From Candidatus Eiseniibacteriota bacterium (GTDB lineage: Bacteria; Arandabacterota; Arandabacteria; Arandabacterales; Arandabacteraceae), in NCBI GenBank assembly GCA_043810925.1, contig JBDRNT010000094.1, positions 1 through 64,000 on the forward strand: 64,000 nt of DNA. The letters are read 5' to 3'. Position numbers and translations under genes: made by a program. The first letter of the stretch is position 1. Each line of letters begins with the position of its first letter. This document shows, in pieces, positions 1 to 9,175 of this stretch. The notes under the pieces were generated by a model. The model saw only the letters and a list, made by a program, of their open reading frames with translations, was not told the DNA's origin and made no database searches.

Positions 1-29
1 AACTCCAGGGTGTATCGCTTCTGGTTCAT
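1..29 (-). CDS. IS3-family transposase OrfA, first residues only (MNQKRYTLE...)
   Basis: Strong RBS; the peptide resembles the 'KRYTxEFK' N-terminus of IS3 OrfA proteins. Confidence 0.65.
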
Positions 30-91
30 CGACTCCCTCCTTAGGCCTCAATTATAACCTAAGAAGTGTCTATCGAACCGGGGCAAGTCCA
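1..91 (-). mobile_element. Left end of an IS3-family insertion sequence (runs off the window edge)
   Basis: Minus strand from 91 reads TGGACTTGCCCCGGTTCGATAGACAC, an IS3-like terminal IR (TG...GCCCCGG...GACAC). It is followed by TATAAT (56-51), RBS AAGGAGG and an ATG at 29. Confidence 0.75.
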
Positions 92-349
92 GATAACCGA
101 AACCACCCCGGTAGAATCGGCGAAAACAGTTCTTGTTTCGGACCACAAGAGATCCCCTCCCAGGGACTCATCGTATATCCTGAAGGTCATGTTGTGACTA
201 CCTGCCAGGGGACTTCCAGTGGCACTATCAACCAACCTTCCCTGATAGTTGATTCTCCTGGGGATTTCTGCAGAAGAAGAACCCGTGACCATAAGAGCCA
301 AAACCAGTAGGGCACAATTGATCACAACCGCTGTCTTCATGGTGGACAT
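59..349 (-). pseudogene. Secreted protein (signal peptide + INYQGRL...TFRIYD...LWSET domain) truncated by IS insertion at 91/92
   Basis: Signal peptide; the domain breaks at VVSVI and the last residues (WTCPGSIDTS) are read from the IS inverted repeat. Confidence 0.7.
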
Positions 350-398
350 GCCACTTCCTCCTTACGCTGCCCTGTATACTCTGATGAACCTTGCGTCT

Positions 399-428
399 AT
401 TGTACTGCCGGGGCGACACAGTGGTCAA
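399..428 (-). promoter_or_regulatory. Sigma70-type promoter TTGACC-N18-TACAAT
   Basis: Near-consensus boxes about 50 nt upstream of the ATG at 349. Confidence 0.5.
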
Positions 429-905
429 GTGAGGGATCATTGGGTCACGGTTCCGTCTTTGAGGCGAGTTGGCTCCCCGGGCCAATGTCTGAAAGCGCGG
501 TTCTGTGGGATATGGTAGTCATTCATGTAAGAATCTGTGCATCACCTGCTGCATTCGGGGGCCGGAGTGCAGCTAGATCATACCCCTTTCAAGTCCACTT
601 TCATCTGACGCCGAGCACTTCCTCTATGGTCCTACCTCGGCTGAAAAGTAATGTGGATTCAAGGGTGGGGTATGTCATGGTATGGACGTCACCAACTCGA
701 ATTCACAAGCTGCATTGCGTCCACATCGTCTTGGTCATAGATTCGCCGGGAAGTCCTTTTGGTACAAGACCCGATCACTGAGGACTGGGAGGATGTTGGA
801 TCGTGGGGTATAGAAAACGGAATGGACTCAGGTTTGAGGCGCGTAGGTTAGCGAGGCCGGCCCGATGCATCGCGTGCGAAGAAGTCCGGCCTCGGCACCG
901 TGTTC

Positions 906-2150
906 TTATCTGTACCTTGCCTTGATACTGCTCCAGGTTGAAGTCTCCGTCCGGGAGGCTCCGCAGCCCACATCCATGGCACCCACGAGACCGCAGACGG
1001 GATGGTTCGCACAGGGTGAGCTGCAATCCAGCTGGAAGTCGCCGTTGTCGGGATCGCATAGCAGCGGGTCCAGATAGAAGTCATTGAGGCCCGGACCGCA
1101 TCCCAGGTAATCCGAATCGTTCGACCAGAGATCGTTGCAGTCCACCGTAGCCGTGGCACCCTGGAAACATCCGATCGCCGGACCGCCGGTTCCGTGAGCG
1201 AAAATGCAATTATACACACCGGCCGTGGAATTGCTGTACACGCCTATGCAGGCAGGCAGGCTATCCGGTGTTGAGTTGAACGCATCATTGGCGTAGAAGG
1301 TGTTGTTTTCGATCAGGGCGTCACTGCTGAATGATACTCCCATGACTGCGGCATTTCCGCCTGAGTTTTTCCAGAAGATGTTTTCCCTGACTGTCGGGTA
1401 GGCATCCTCATGAAAAGCAATGGCCCCTGCCGAGCCACCGGCGGAGTTGGATTCAAACCAGTTACGCTCGATCACGGCAAACCCGTTGTAGCGGCAGTGA
1501 ATGGCCCCACCTTGTCTGGATGCGCTATTCCCGATGAACGTGTTGTCGGCCACGTGGGGTGACGAACTGTACATGATGCCGATCGCAGCTCCATACTTGG
1601 CCCCATTCTCGCCAAAGGTGTTACCGATGATGTCAGGCGAGGAGTGCTCCAGAAAGATCCCTCCGCCCCAGTTGCCGGCCACATTGTCTTCGAAGGCATT
1701 GCCGTCAATGACCCCGTCTGAGGAGTCAGACATGGCGATTCCCGCACCGTTGGACGCATGATTCAGTGTGAAGCGGTTATCAAGAATCGCAATCTCCGAT
1801 CCGATGCACTTGACACCGGCCCCGACAAAGCTATCTCCGTTGCGGAAAGTGAATCCCTCGATCACTGTACCTGCGCCAAGCGATGTACAGTCCACGATCG
1901 GGGAATCAATTATGGCGGGTTCGAGCGTTGTAACGTCCCTGCCGCCGCTACTTGTGAGAACCACACCGTCTTTCATGACGAGATTCTCGTAATACGTATC
2001 GGGCGCGACGAGCACGGTATCACCGGCGGATGCAGAATCGATGCCGGCCTGTACAGTAAGCGCATCACCCGGCACGTTCCAGGTGGCAGCATAGCCGGCA
2101 ACGGGTGTCCCTACCAGAACGAGAACGAAAACCATTAACGTTCTTCTCAT
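906..2150 (-). CDS. Secreted right-handed parallel beta-helix (pectin-lyase-like) repeat protein with C-terminal TWSSIKARY tail
   Basis: Signal peptide, VPGD..TVQAGID start, repeated 'N.A..GGAI' motifs, DPLLCD...SPC tail. Confidence 0.85.
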   Translation of the reverse strand: MRRTLMVFVLVLVGTPVAGYAATWNVPGDALTVQAGIDSASAGDTVLVAPDTYYENLVMKDGVVLTSSGGRDVTTLEPAIIDSPIVDCTSLGAGTVIEGFTFRNGDSFVGAGVKCIGSEIAILDNRFTLNHASNGAGIAMSDSSDGVIDGNAFEDNVAGNWGGGIFLEHSSPDIIGNTFGENGAKYGAAIGIMYSSSPHVADNTFIGNSASRQGGAIHCRYNGFAVIERNWFESNSAGGSAGAIAFHEDAYPTVRENIFWKNSGGNAAVMGVSFSSDALIENNTFYANDAFNSTPDSLPACIGVYSNSTAGVYNCIFAHGTGGPAIGCFQGATATVDCNDLWSNDSDYLGCGPGLNDFYLDPLLCDPDNGDFQLDCSSPCANHPVCGLVGAMDVGCGASRTETSTWSSIKARYR

Positions 2151-2201
2151 ATCGGTCCTCCTCCAGAAGAGAATGCATCTGAGATTGCAGATTACAATGC
2201 G

Positions 2202-2230
2202 ATTGTATCTCGGTTTTGCCGTCTTGTCAA
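2202..2230 (-). promoter_or_regulatory. Sigma70-type promoter TTGACA-N17-TACAAT
   Basis: Near-perfect consensus upstream of the ATG at 2150. Confidence 0.65.
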
Positions 2231-2439
2231 GTGACGAAGTGGTAGGAGTATTGTCACCAGATCTGATTCAGAGAGGGATACGTCGGGCTCCCAACTGTCT
2301 TGACCAATCGACCACCGGGGTGGTAGAGTCATTTGGAAACACGGCTCTGTCGGACAATGGCGAGCTCTGGTCCTGCCGAGCCCGCAACCTGGAGCCAGAT
2401 CAAATATACTTCACGGTGAAGATAGGTGGGAGGGTAGTC

Positions 2440-2970
2440 ATGAAGAAGACAATGTCGTTGGTCCTGCTGGCATTTCTCACCATGTCCTGTTTCAGGGTCG
2501 CCACCGTGAATTCGCAGGAGTCGGGCTCACCCGGGTCCACGGAGCAACCCGAGACATACAGGGTCAACCTCATTGTCTCAGCGGACGACTCGGTCACGGC
2601 GGGTATTGTCCGGGAGGTAATGTCGTCTGAGCTGTTTCCGGGCTATGTGATCGTGGAACAAGACTACGACTATCTTATAGATGTAACTGCTTTCCAGGTA
2701 CAGCCGGAGATCGGACCCGGCGCCGGAATTGCGATGTCGGTACTCACACTTCAGCCCAGCACAAACAAGATGCTCACTCCCAGGGCGGAGCTCCTGCCCG
2801 ACACGGTCTACACCGTTGTAAATCACTGCGCATTTCAGATGATACTTGAGTCTGACCAGTTCGCCGGCAGGTGTGAATCAGCGGATCCGGCTCTGAGACA
2901 GAATTTCAACCTGATTGGAGTGGGTCTGATGAGAGGGACACACTCGTCACCTGAAGAGCGCGAGGATTGA
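2440..2970 (+). CDS. Hypothetical exported protein
   Basis: RBS GGGAGGG before ATG 2440; MKKT-hydrophobic signal peptide; the track start at 2173 is probably too long. Confidence 0.65.
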   Translation: MKKTMSLVLLAFLTMSCFRVATVNSQESGSPGSTEQPETYRVNLIVSADDSVTAGIVREVMSSELFPGYVIVEQDYDYLIDVTAFQVQPEIGPGAGIAMSVLTLQPSTNKMLTPRAELLPDTVYTVVNHCAFQMILESDQFAGRCESADPALRQNFNLIGVGLMRGTHSSPEERED

Positions 2971-2998
2971 CGGTGCCGGCTCCCGGTTGGAGATAGTT

Positions 2999-4111
2999 GT
3001 GAAGACCCGAGTCATGCTGTTGGTCACTATCTTGGTTGTCACGGTCCTCGTATGTGCGGGGCCGACCTCGGCGGACAGCATCCCGGTATTCGGTTATGAC
3101 CTGATCAACACCTTCCCTCATGACTCAAAAGCATTCACTCAGGGACTGGTGTATCACAATGGCTTCCTCTATGAAGGGACCGGTCTCTTCAGCGGTTCGT
3201 CACTCCGCAAGGTAGTTCTCGAAACCGGCGAGGTGCTGTTTCGCTACAACCTCAACAGCGTGTATTTCGGTGAGGGCGTGGCCATCTTAAATGACCTCAT
3301 CTATCAACTCACATGGCTCAATCATGTTGGATTCGTCTATGTCGAGACCGGTTCCTTCGAGCTCGTCGACACCTTCAGTTACCCGACGCCGGGGTGGGGC
3401 CTGACGCACGACGATACGAGCCTCATCATGAGTGACGGCACCGACAATCTCTACTTTCTCGATCCGGTATCCTTTGAAGAGGTCCGCCGGGTCCATGTTA
3501 CGGTCGGTGGCGCCCCGCTGGATTCGCTCAATGAGCTTGAATACATTCATGGGTATATCTATGCGAACATTCTTGAACGGGACTTCATTGCCATCATCAA
3601 ACCCGGGACCGGAGTGGTTGTTGGCTGGCTCGACCTGACCGGTATCCTGACTTCGGAGCATCTCGCGGTGACGCCGGGGCCTCTTAATGGCATAGCGTTC
3701 GATCCGGACAGCGTCCGGCTCTTCGTGACGGGTAAGCGGTGGCCGAGTCTGTTTGAAATCTACGTTGATCCGCTTGACTGTGGGGTCGATGGCCCCTGTG
3801 GTGGCGAGGAGGATTGGCCGGAAGCAGCCAGCCTGTATCAGAACCAACCCAACCCTTTTAGGCCTGCTACGGCCATCCGCTTCACGATACCCGGACGCGA
3901 GGGTGCAGATGCGGATGCTCACCTTACAGTACACGATGTCCGCGGAAGGACGGTTGCGACCCTTATCGACAGGGAGCTCCCCCCGGGAGATCACCGTGTC
4001 ACCTGGAATGGACGGGACGATCGCGGCGAACGCGTATCGTCAGGGATCTACTTCTGTGTTCTGAGAGTAGGCGAAGAGAGGCTCTCAAGGAAGATGGCCG
4101 TACTGGAGTAA
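2999..4111 (+). CDS. Glutaminyl-peptide cyclotransferase (plant/bacterial beta-propeller type) with C-terminal FlgD-Ig/T9SS-like domain
   Basis: Motifs FTQGL, EGTG, FGEG, LTW, GWGLT, SDG, LNELE, LNGIA, VTGKRW; tail QNQPNPF...GIYF. Confidence 0.9.
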   Translation: MKTRVMLLVTILVVTVLVCAGPTSADSIPVFGYDLINTFPHDSKAFTQGLVYHNGFLYEGTGLFSGSSLRKVVLETGEVLFRYNLNSVYFGEGVAILNDLIYQLTWLNHVGFVYVETGSFELVDTFSYPTPGWGLTHDDTSLIMSDGTDNLYFLDPVSFEEVRRVHVTVGGAPLDSLNELEYIHGYIYANILERDFIAIIKPGTGVVVGWLDLTGILTSEHLAVTPGPLNGIAFDPDSVRLFVTGKRWPSLFEIYVDPLDCGVDGPCGGEEDWPEAASLYQNQPNPFRPATAIRFTIPGREGADADAHLTVHDVRGRTVATLIDRELPPGDHRVTWNGRDDRGERVSSGIYFCVLRVGEERLSRKMAVLE

Positions 4112-4259
4112 CTGGGAAACAGGCACCTTCCCCAGCGCTACAGCATCATAGCGGCGCACGTCTGTTTGACGAAAAGCGTTGATTTTCCCCTCACGTCACG
4201 GTGTAATGGACGCATCCAAGTCGCAGTCAAGCGCACATGGCTCAGCTGGGGTGCGCCAT

Positions 4260-6914
4260 ATGGTCCACGAACATGGTCAAGAGAGGCAGGATCTCTCACC
4301 CGGTACTTTAATCTCCCGCTACCGGATCATCGAGAAGATTGGTGCGGGTGGTATGGGTGTGGTCTACAGGGCGGAGGACACGAGGCTCAAGCGTCATGTT
4401 GCGCTAAAACTGCTGCCGCCGAGTCTCACCCAGGATACGGAAGCTCGGGAACGTTTTCTTCAGGAAGCGCAGGCAGCCTCTGCGCTCGACCATCCCCACA
4501 TCTGCAACGTCCATGAGATCGACGAGAGCGAGGATGGCCGGCTCTTTATCGTGATGTCGTTCTACGATGGACAGACACTCAAGCGGATAATCCAGCAGGG
4601 ACCGATGAGATTGGACGAGGCGCTGGACATCGCTATCCAGATTGCGGAGGGTCTGGCCGCGGCCCACGGCAGGCAGATCATCCACCGTGACATCAAACCG
4701 GCCAACATCATGATCACGGCCGATGGCACCGTCAAGATCATGGACTTCGGTCTGGCAAAACTGGCCGGCCAGACGGGGATCACGAGGATGGGGACGACCC
4801 AGGGCACGGTTGCATACATGTCACCGGAGCAGACCCAGGGCCGCCAGGTGGATGATGGGGCAGATGTGTGGTCGCTGGGGGTTGTACTATATGAGATGCT
4901 TACCGGCCGGCTTCCCTTCCGAGGAGAATACGAGCAGGCAATGATCTACTCGATCCTGAACGAAGTCGTGGAGCCTGCCTCCGGGCTGAATACGGACGTC
5001 CCGGCACCTCTGGAAGAGATCGTTCAGCGGGCCCTTGAGAAAAACCGGGAAGGGCGATACGCAAGTGTGCGTGAGATGCTTGCGGACTTACGCCGCGTGA
5101 GGGATGGTGCCGGGACGGCCGGCTCTCGGCCTGGGGAAAGCCCGGGAAAGGAGAGTACGCCATCGCTCACGAAGGATGCGAGCAAGCCGCGGGCATCGAT
5201 CACGCGGTGGGTCTATGTCGCTATTACGCTGATAGCAGTCACGTTTGTTGTTATCCTGATTCGGTCTCGCGGGCCGTCACTGGTCCAACCTCCAAGCCAT
5301 CAGCAAGTCACATTCGCAGGCGACGTGTCCCATCCTGCAATCTCCCCAGGAGGTGATCTCATAGCCTATGCATCCTCGGGGTCCGAAGGCGGGAGCAGTG
5401 TATTTGTGCGGGAGCTGGCGGGAGGGACCGCACTTGAAGTGTTCAATGATGCCGAGATCAACTGCATCCGCTGGTCCCCGGATGGTGCGGAGTTACTGGT
5501 TTTAGCTGTGAATGATTCAGTGAAGGGCACGTATCTTGTGCCGCGCTTGGGGGGAACACCCAGGCAGTTCGAGATCTGGTCAGAAGTGAGCTGGTCTCCG
5601 GACGGTTCCAGGTTTGCCGGCATACGGCTTGCGCGCAAATACATCGGTCTCACTGATAAGGTGGGTGGCGGGAGCTCCTCCATCCCTTTGTCGGATGACT
5701 TCACATGGACACGAGGTGTCGACTGGTCGCCTCTTGGGGACATGTTGCTGGTTCTTGAGCATGAGCGCGAGCAGTCCAGAATCTCGACGATCAGGGTGGA
5801 CGGAAGCAACCAGCTGACGGTCGTGTTGGACAGTGTCTTGATCTCGTCGGCGCGGTGGTCCCCGGGAGGGGATGTTATCTACTACCTGCGTACCGGTAGC
5901 CAAACAACCGATCTGATGAAGATTGCCGTCTCGTCTGCGACTGGAAAAGCGAGGAGTCCTGCAGTTCCGGTGCAAACGGGTCTCCAGGCCGGCGAATCCT
6001 TCACGCTTTCGGGGGACAACACAAGAGTGCTTTACACGCGGGCTCAGTCATACTGGAATCTCTGGCTCGTACGTTATGGTGAAGACGGTCAAAAGGAGCC
6101 GATCGAAACCAGGCAACTGACTACCGGAACCTCTCTGGTTTACTATGCAAGCATCTCGCCGGACGGCCGGACAGTCGCATTCAGTATGGGAAATCTGGAT
6201 CAGATGAACGTGTTCACAATGCCGATTGAAGGAGGACCAATGAAGCAACTCACCTTCTTCGACTCAAGGGCTGACGGTGCAGCATGGTCACCGGATGGAA
6301 AGGACATCGCATTTGGCCATGTCCACAAAGGAGCACTGAGAGTGTGGACTGTGAGCTCGACGGGGGGAACGCCCAAGGTCTTCAGTGAGACCGATCTCAG
6401 CCAGTCGCATACGATAACCTGGGCTCCCGGGAAGGATATTCTCTATCACCGGCCGGGGAACCGCAATTTCAATGTTCTGAATGCTGACACCGAGGCGGAG
6501 AGACCTCTTGTGGCCGATGAATCGGTAGGCTGGATGTTTTGGCCGCGGTATTCTCCCGATGGCAGGAAGGTTGCCGTGTTCTGGAATCGCCAGGAAGGTG
6601 ATGATCCACAGCGGGGACTCTGGGTGATCTCGCTCGATGACTCATCGCTGACGTTCGTGCATCCTGGCGGCTCGGCTCCGACAGAATGGTCATCAGATGG
6701 GACGTGGATCTACGTCTGGGACCGTGAGGAAGAGGGTCCGACGATCATGAGGGTGCCGGCAAGCGGGGGTGAGATTGAGCCATTCATAACCCTGCCCCTG
6801 GAAAACATGATTCCGGCAAGTATGACACTAGATGGTAAGAGCCTTGTCTGTGTTGTATATGAAGAACAGTCCGACGTCTGGCTGATGGAGAATTTCGATC
6901 CTGAGTGGAAGTGA
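4260..6914 (+). CDS. Membrane Ser/Thr protein kinase with C-terminal TolB/PD40 beta-propeller repeats
   Basis: GAGGMGVVY, VALK, HRDIKPAN, DFGLAK, YMSPEQ; one TM helix; many WSPDG repeats. Start uncertain. Confidence 0.9.
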   Translation: MVHEHGQERQDLSPGTLISRYRIIEKIGAGGMGVVYRAEDTRLKRHVALKLLPPSLTQDTEARERFLQEAQAASALDHPHICNVHEIDESEDGRLFIVMSFYDGQTLKRIIQQGPMRLDEALDIAIQIAEGLAAAHGRQIIHRDIKPANIMITADGTVKIMDFGLAKLAGQTGITRMGTTQGTVAYMSPEQTQGRQVDDGADVWSLGVVLYEMLTGRLPFRGEYEQAMIYSILNEVVEPASGLNTDVPAPLEEIVQRALEKNREGRYASVREMLADLRRVRDGAGTAGSRPGESPGKESTPSLTKDASKPRASITRWVYVAITLIAVTFVVILIRSRGPSLVQPPSHQQVTFAGDVSHPAISPGGDLIAYASSGSEGGSSVFVRELAGGTALEVFNDAEINCIRWSPDGAELLVLAVNDSVKGTYLVPRLGGTPRQFEIWSEVSWSPDGSRFAGIRLARKYIGLTDKVGGGSSSIPLSDDFTWTRGVDWSPLGDMLLVLEHEREQSRISTIRVDGSNQLTVVLDSVLISSARWSPGGDVIYYLRTGSQTTDLMKIAVSSATGKARSPAVPVQTGLQAGESFTLSGDNTRVLYTRAQSYWNLWLVRYGEDGQKEPIETRQLTTGTSLVYYASISPDGRTVAFSMGNLDQMNVFTMPIEGGPMKQLTFFDSRADGAAWSPDGKDIAFGHVHKGALRVWTVSSTGGTPKVFSETDLSQSHTITWAPGKDILYHRPGNRNFNVLNADTEAERPLVADESVGWMFWPRYSPDGRKVAVFWNRQEGDDPQRGLWVISLDDSSLTFVHPGGSAPTEWSSDGTWIYVWDREEEGPTIMRVPASGGEIEPFITLPLENMIPASMTLDGKSLVCVVYEEQSDVWLMENFDPEWK

Positions 6915-7132
6915 CCGCGAAAGCGACGGCGCCACACAGATAGAAACGAATCGTTTCTTCAATAGTCACGGTTGCTCTTACGCTCACATTCAACGAATCC
7001 GGCCAAGATGTAGCGGCCAAGAGTCTCACCGAGTTTGTGCGGGTTGATACAAGCCGCCAGGTTTTTTCCTCAAGTCTTGCTCCCCTGTCCGCCGATAGAT
7101 AAAACTGTGGCATCGAAAACAGGGGGAATTGC

Positions 7133-7627
7133 ATGGCGCGCATGAGACAGTTGTCTCCAAAGGGAGCATATCTATCCCAGACGATTCATGGTTACAAGGG
7201 TTATTCCACCGCAGGAACGGCACGCGAAACCGATCAGGTTTTCTCTGAAGAGATCCTCGAGAAGTTAAGTGAAACCGTGTCGACGGCCGCGAGAATGAAG
7301 AGGCTCGTAGCCGGGAATGCCGACCCGGAAGTACTTCCGACGCTGGACATAGTCACCGACAAGGCCGATAAGCTTGCAAGAGATATAGCTGATGCGGTGC
7401 CGACGGAAGACACACTGCTCGAAGCACTGGAAAACGGCAAGGCCGATGAGATCATAGATCTGGATTCCGCGATCCTGGAGAAAGTCGGAAACATCAACCA
7501 GGCCCTCTCAATGATGGATCTTAAGGGTGGGGTCGGAATCACACCCGACGATCTTGATTCGGCATGCGAGCTGCTCGACGACCTGGGCAACTACCTCAGG
7601 GAGAGGGCCATTATCCTTGCGGGCTAG
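7133..7627 (+). CDS. Hypothetical acidic, probably helical protein
   Basis: 164 aa ORF with RBS-like AGGGGG; fills the gap and converges on the next gene. Confidence 0.65.
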   Translation: MARMRQLSPKGAYLSQTIHGYKGYSTAGTARETDQVFSEEILEKLSETVSTAARMKRLVAGNADPEVLPTLDIVTDKADKLARDIADAVPTEDTLLEALENGKADEIIDLDSAILEKVGNINQALSMMDLKGGVGITPDDLDSACELLDDLGNYLRERAIILAG

Positions 7628-8796
7628 GCCCGTCCCACTGACGCAGTGGACTCCTTTATCAGGGCAAGGGCGATCTCGTTTCGCTGTATCTGGTTCGTCC
7701 CCTCGTAGATCTGGGTGATCTTGGCATCCCTCATCATCTTCTCAACGGGGTAGTCGTGCATGTATCCCCGGCCCCCGAAGACCTGGATGGCCTTGTTCGT
7801 TACCCGCATCGCAACATCCGATGCATAGAGCTTGGACATCGCCGATTCCTTCGTGGTCCGGGACGTGGTGGAATCCACCGTCCTTGCCGTCGCATAAAGG
7901 AGTGCCCTGGCTGCCTCCACCTCTGTTGCCATATCTGCAAGCATGTATTGAATCGCCTGGAGTGATGCCAGGGTCTCACCGAACTGGATGCGCTTGGTCG
8001 CATAGGCGACCGCCTCATCAAGCGCGCCGGCGGCTATACCCAGGGCCTGCGCGGCCACACCTGGTCTTGTAGCATCAAATGTGCGCAGTCCGAGAATCAG
8101 GCCCATGCCCTGGCGGCTTAAGAGATTGGTGTTGGGGATACGGCAGTTCTCGAAGATGAGCTCCCTCGTTGCGGAGGCCCGAATACCGAGTTTGTTCTCT
8201 TTCTTGCCGAACTCGAAACCAGGTGTACCTTTCTCGACAACAAAGGCCGATATGCCACGCGGGCCCCTCTTCTTGTCCGTCACGGCGATCACGGTGTAGA
8301 TGTCCGCCTCACCGCCGTTGGTGATAAAGCACTTGGTGCCGTTGAGTACATAGTCATCCCCGTCCTTGTCCGCAGTGGTGCGAAGGGCGGTGGCGTCGCT
8401 ACCGGCCTCGTGCTCGGTAAGCGCGAATGCTGCCAGCTTCTCGCCCGTTGCCAGGGGAGACAGGAATTTCTTCTTCTGCTCGTCGTTTGCCCCGAGGAGA
8501 ATCGGATAGGCGCCGAGAGCGGTCGCCGCAAGGCAGAGCGCGATTCCGCCGTCGACCTTGGAAATCTCCTCAACAACAAGCACGAGTTCGAAAACACCCA
8601 TTCCCCGGCCGCCATACTCTTCCGGGATGTAGACACCAAAGAGCCCCGCCTCACCCAGGAGCTTTACTATGTCCCAGGGGAAGATCTCTTCGCGATCGTA
8701 TTTCTGTCTGACCGGCTTGATGTTGTCTATGGCGATCTTACGCGTTCTTGAAACGATGTCTTTCTGTTCGTCAGTCAGGTTGTATTCCAAGGTCAT
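7624..8796 (-). CDS. Acyl-CoA dehydrogenase (butyryl-CoA dehydrogenase-like)
   Basis: FALTEHEAGSD, LNGTKCFITNG, FGGRGY, QIYEGTNQIQR. Confidence 0.95.
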   Translation of the reverse strand: MTLEYNLTDEQKDIVSRTRKIAIDNIKPVRQKYDREEIFPWDIVKLLGEAGLFGVYIPEEYGGRGMGVFELVLVVEEISKVDGGIALCLAATALGAYPILLGANDEQKKKFLSPLATGEKLAAFALTEHEAGSDATALRTTADKDGDDYVLNGTKCFITNGGEADIYTVIAVTDKKRGPRGISAFVVEKGTPGFEFGKKENKLGIRASATRELIFENCRIPNTNLLSRQGMGLILGLRTFDATRPGVAAQALGIAAGALDEAVAYATKRIQFGETLASLQAIQYMLADMATEVEAARALLYATARTVDSTTSRTTKESAMSKLYASDVAMRVTNKAIQVFGGRGYMHDYPVEKMMRDAKITQIYEGTNQIQRNEIALALIKESTASVGRA

Positions 8797-8823
8797 ACCT
8801 CCTTATTGGTCTGGAGTGCACAG

Positions 8824-8852
8824 ATACTACCCCACCCCGCAAATGGAGTCAA
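8824..8852 (-). promoter_or_regulatory. Sigma70-type promoter TTGACT-N17-TAGTAT
   Basis: Consensus-like boxes just upstream of RBS GGAGGT and ATG 8796. Confidence 0.55.
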
Positions 8853-9066
8853 GTAAAGCCAAGTGCCATCGTTCTGACGCATCCGGATGCTGCCAGCTAA
8901 GTTGGGCGGTTGTGCGTGCGCACCGGGCGCGGCACATTGGCTGTGTTTAAGTGTCGAGCACACAAGCCGACTTTTTTCTGGACAAAGCCACCCACGTTCT
9001 TTCAAGATTTCTACCGTATCTATGCTGGTGTCTTGCAAAGCCGGGTTAAGAGCACTGGAGGTTGAC

Positions 9067-9174
9067 ATGGACGAGGTCATGCCGCTAAGTACGATACTGG
9101 CTTTCGGTCTTCCGCCCATCGGTTTCATCATCGCGATAGTGTGCTACTACGTCTTCACATCTGAGGATGATTAG
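9067..9174 (+). CDS. 35-aa single-TM small protein, probable symporter accessory subunit
   Basis: GGAGGT RBS; MDEVMPLSTILAFGLPPIGFIIAIVCYYVFTSEDD; stop 1 nt before the symporter ATG. Confidence 0.65.
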   Translation: MDEVMPLSTILAFGLPPIGFIIAIVCYYVFTSEDD

Positions 9175-9175
9175 A

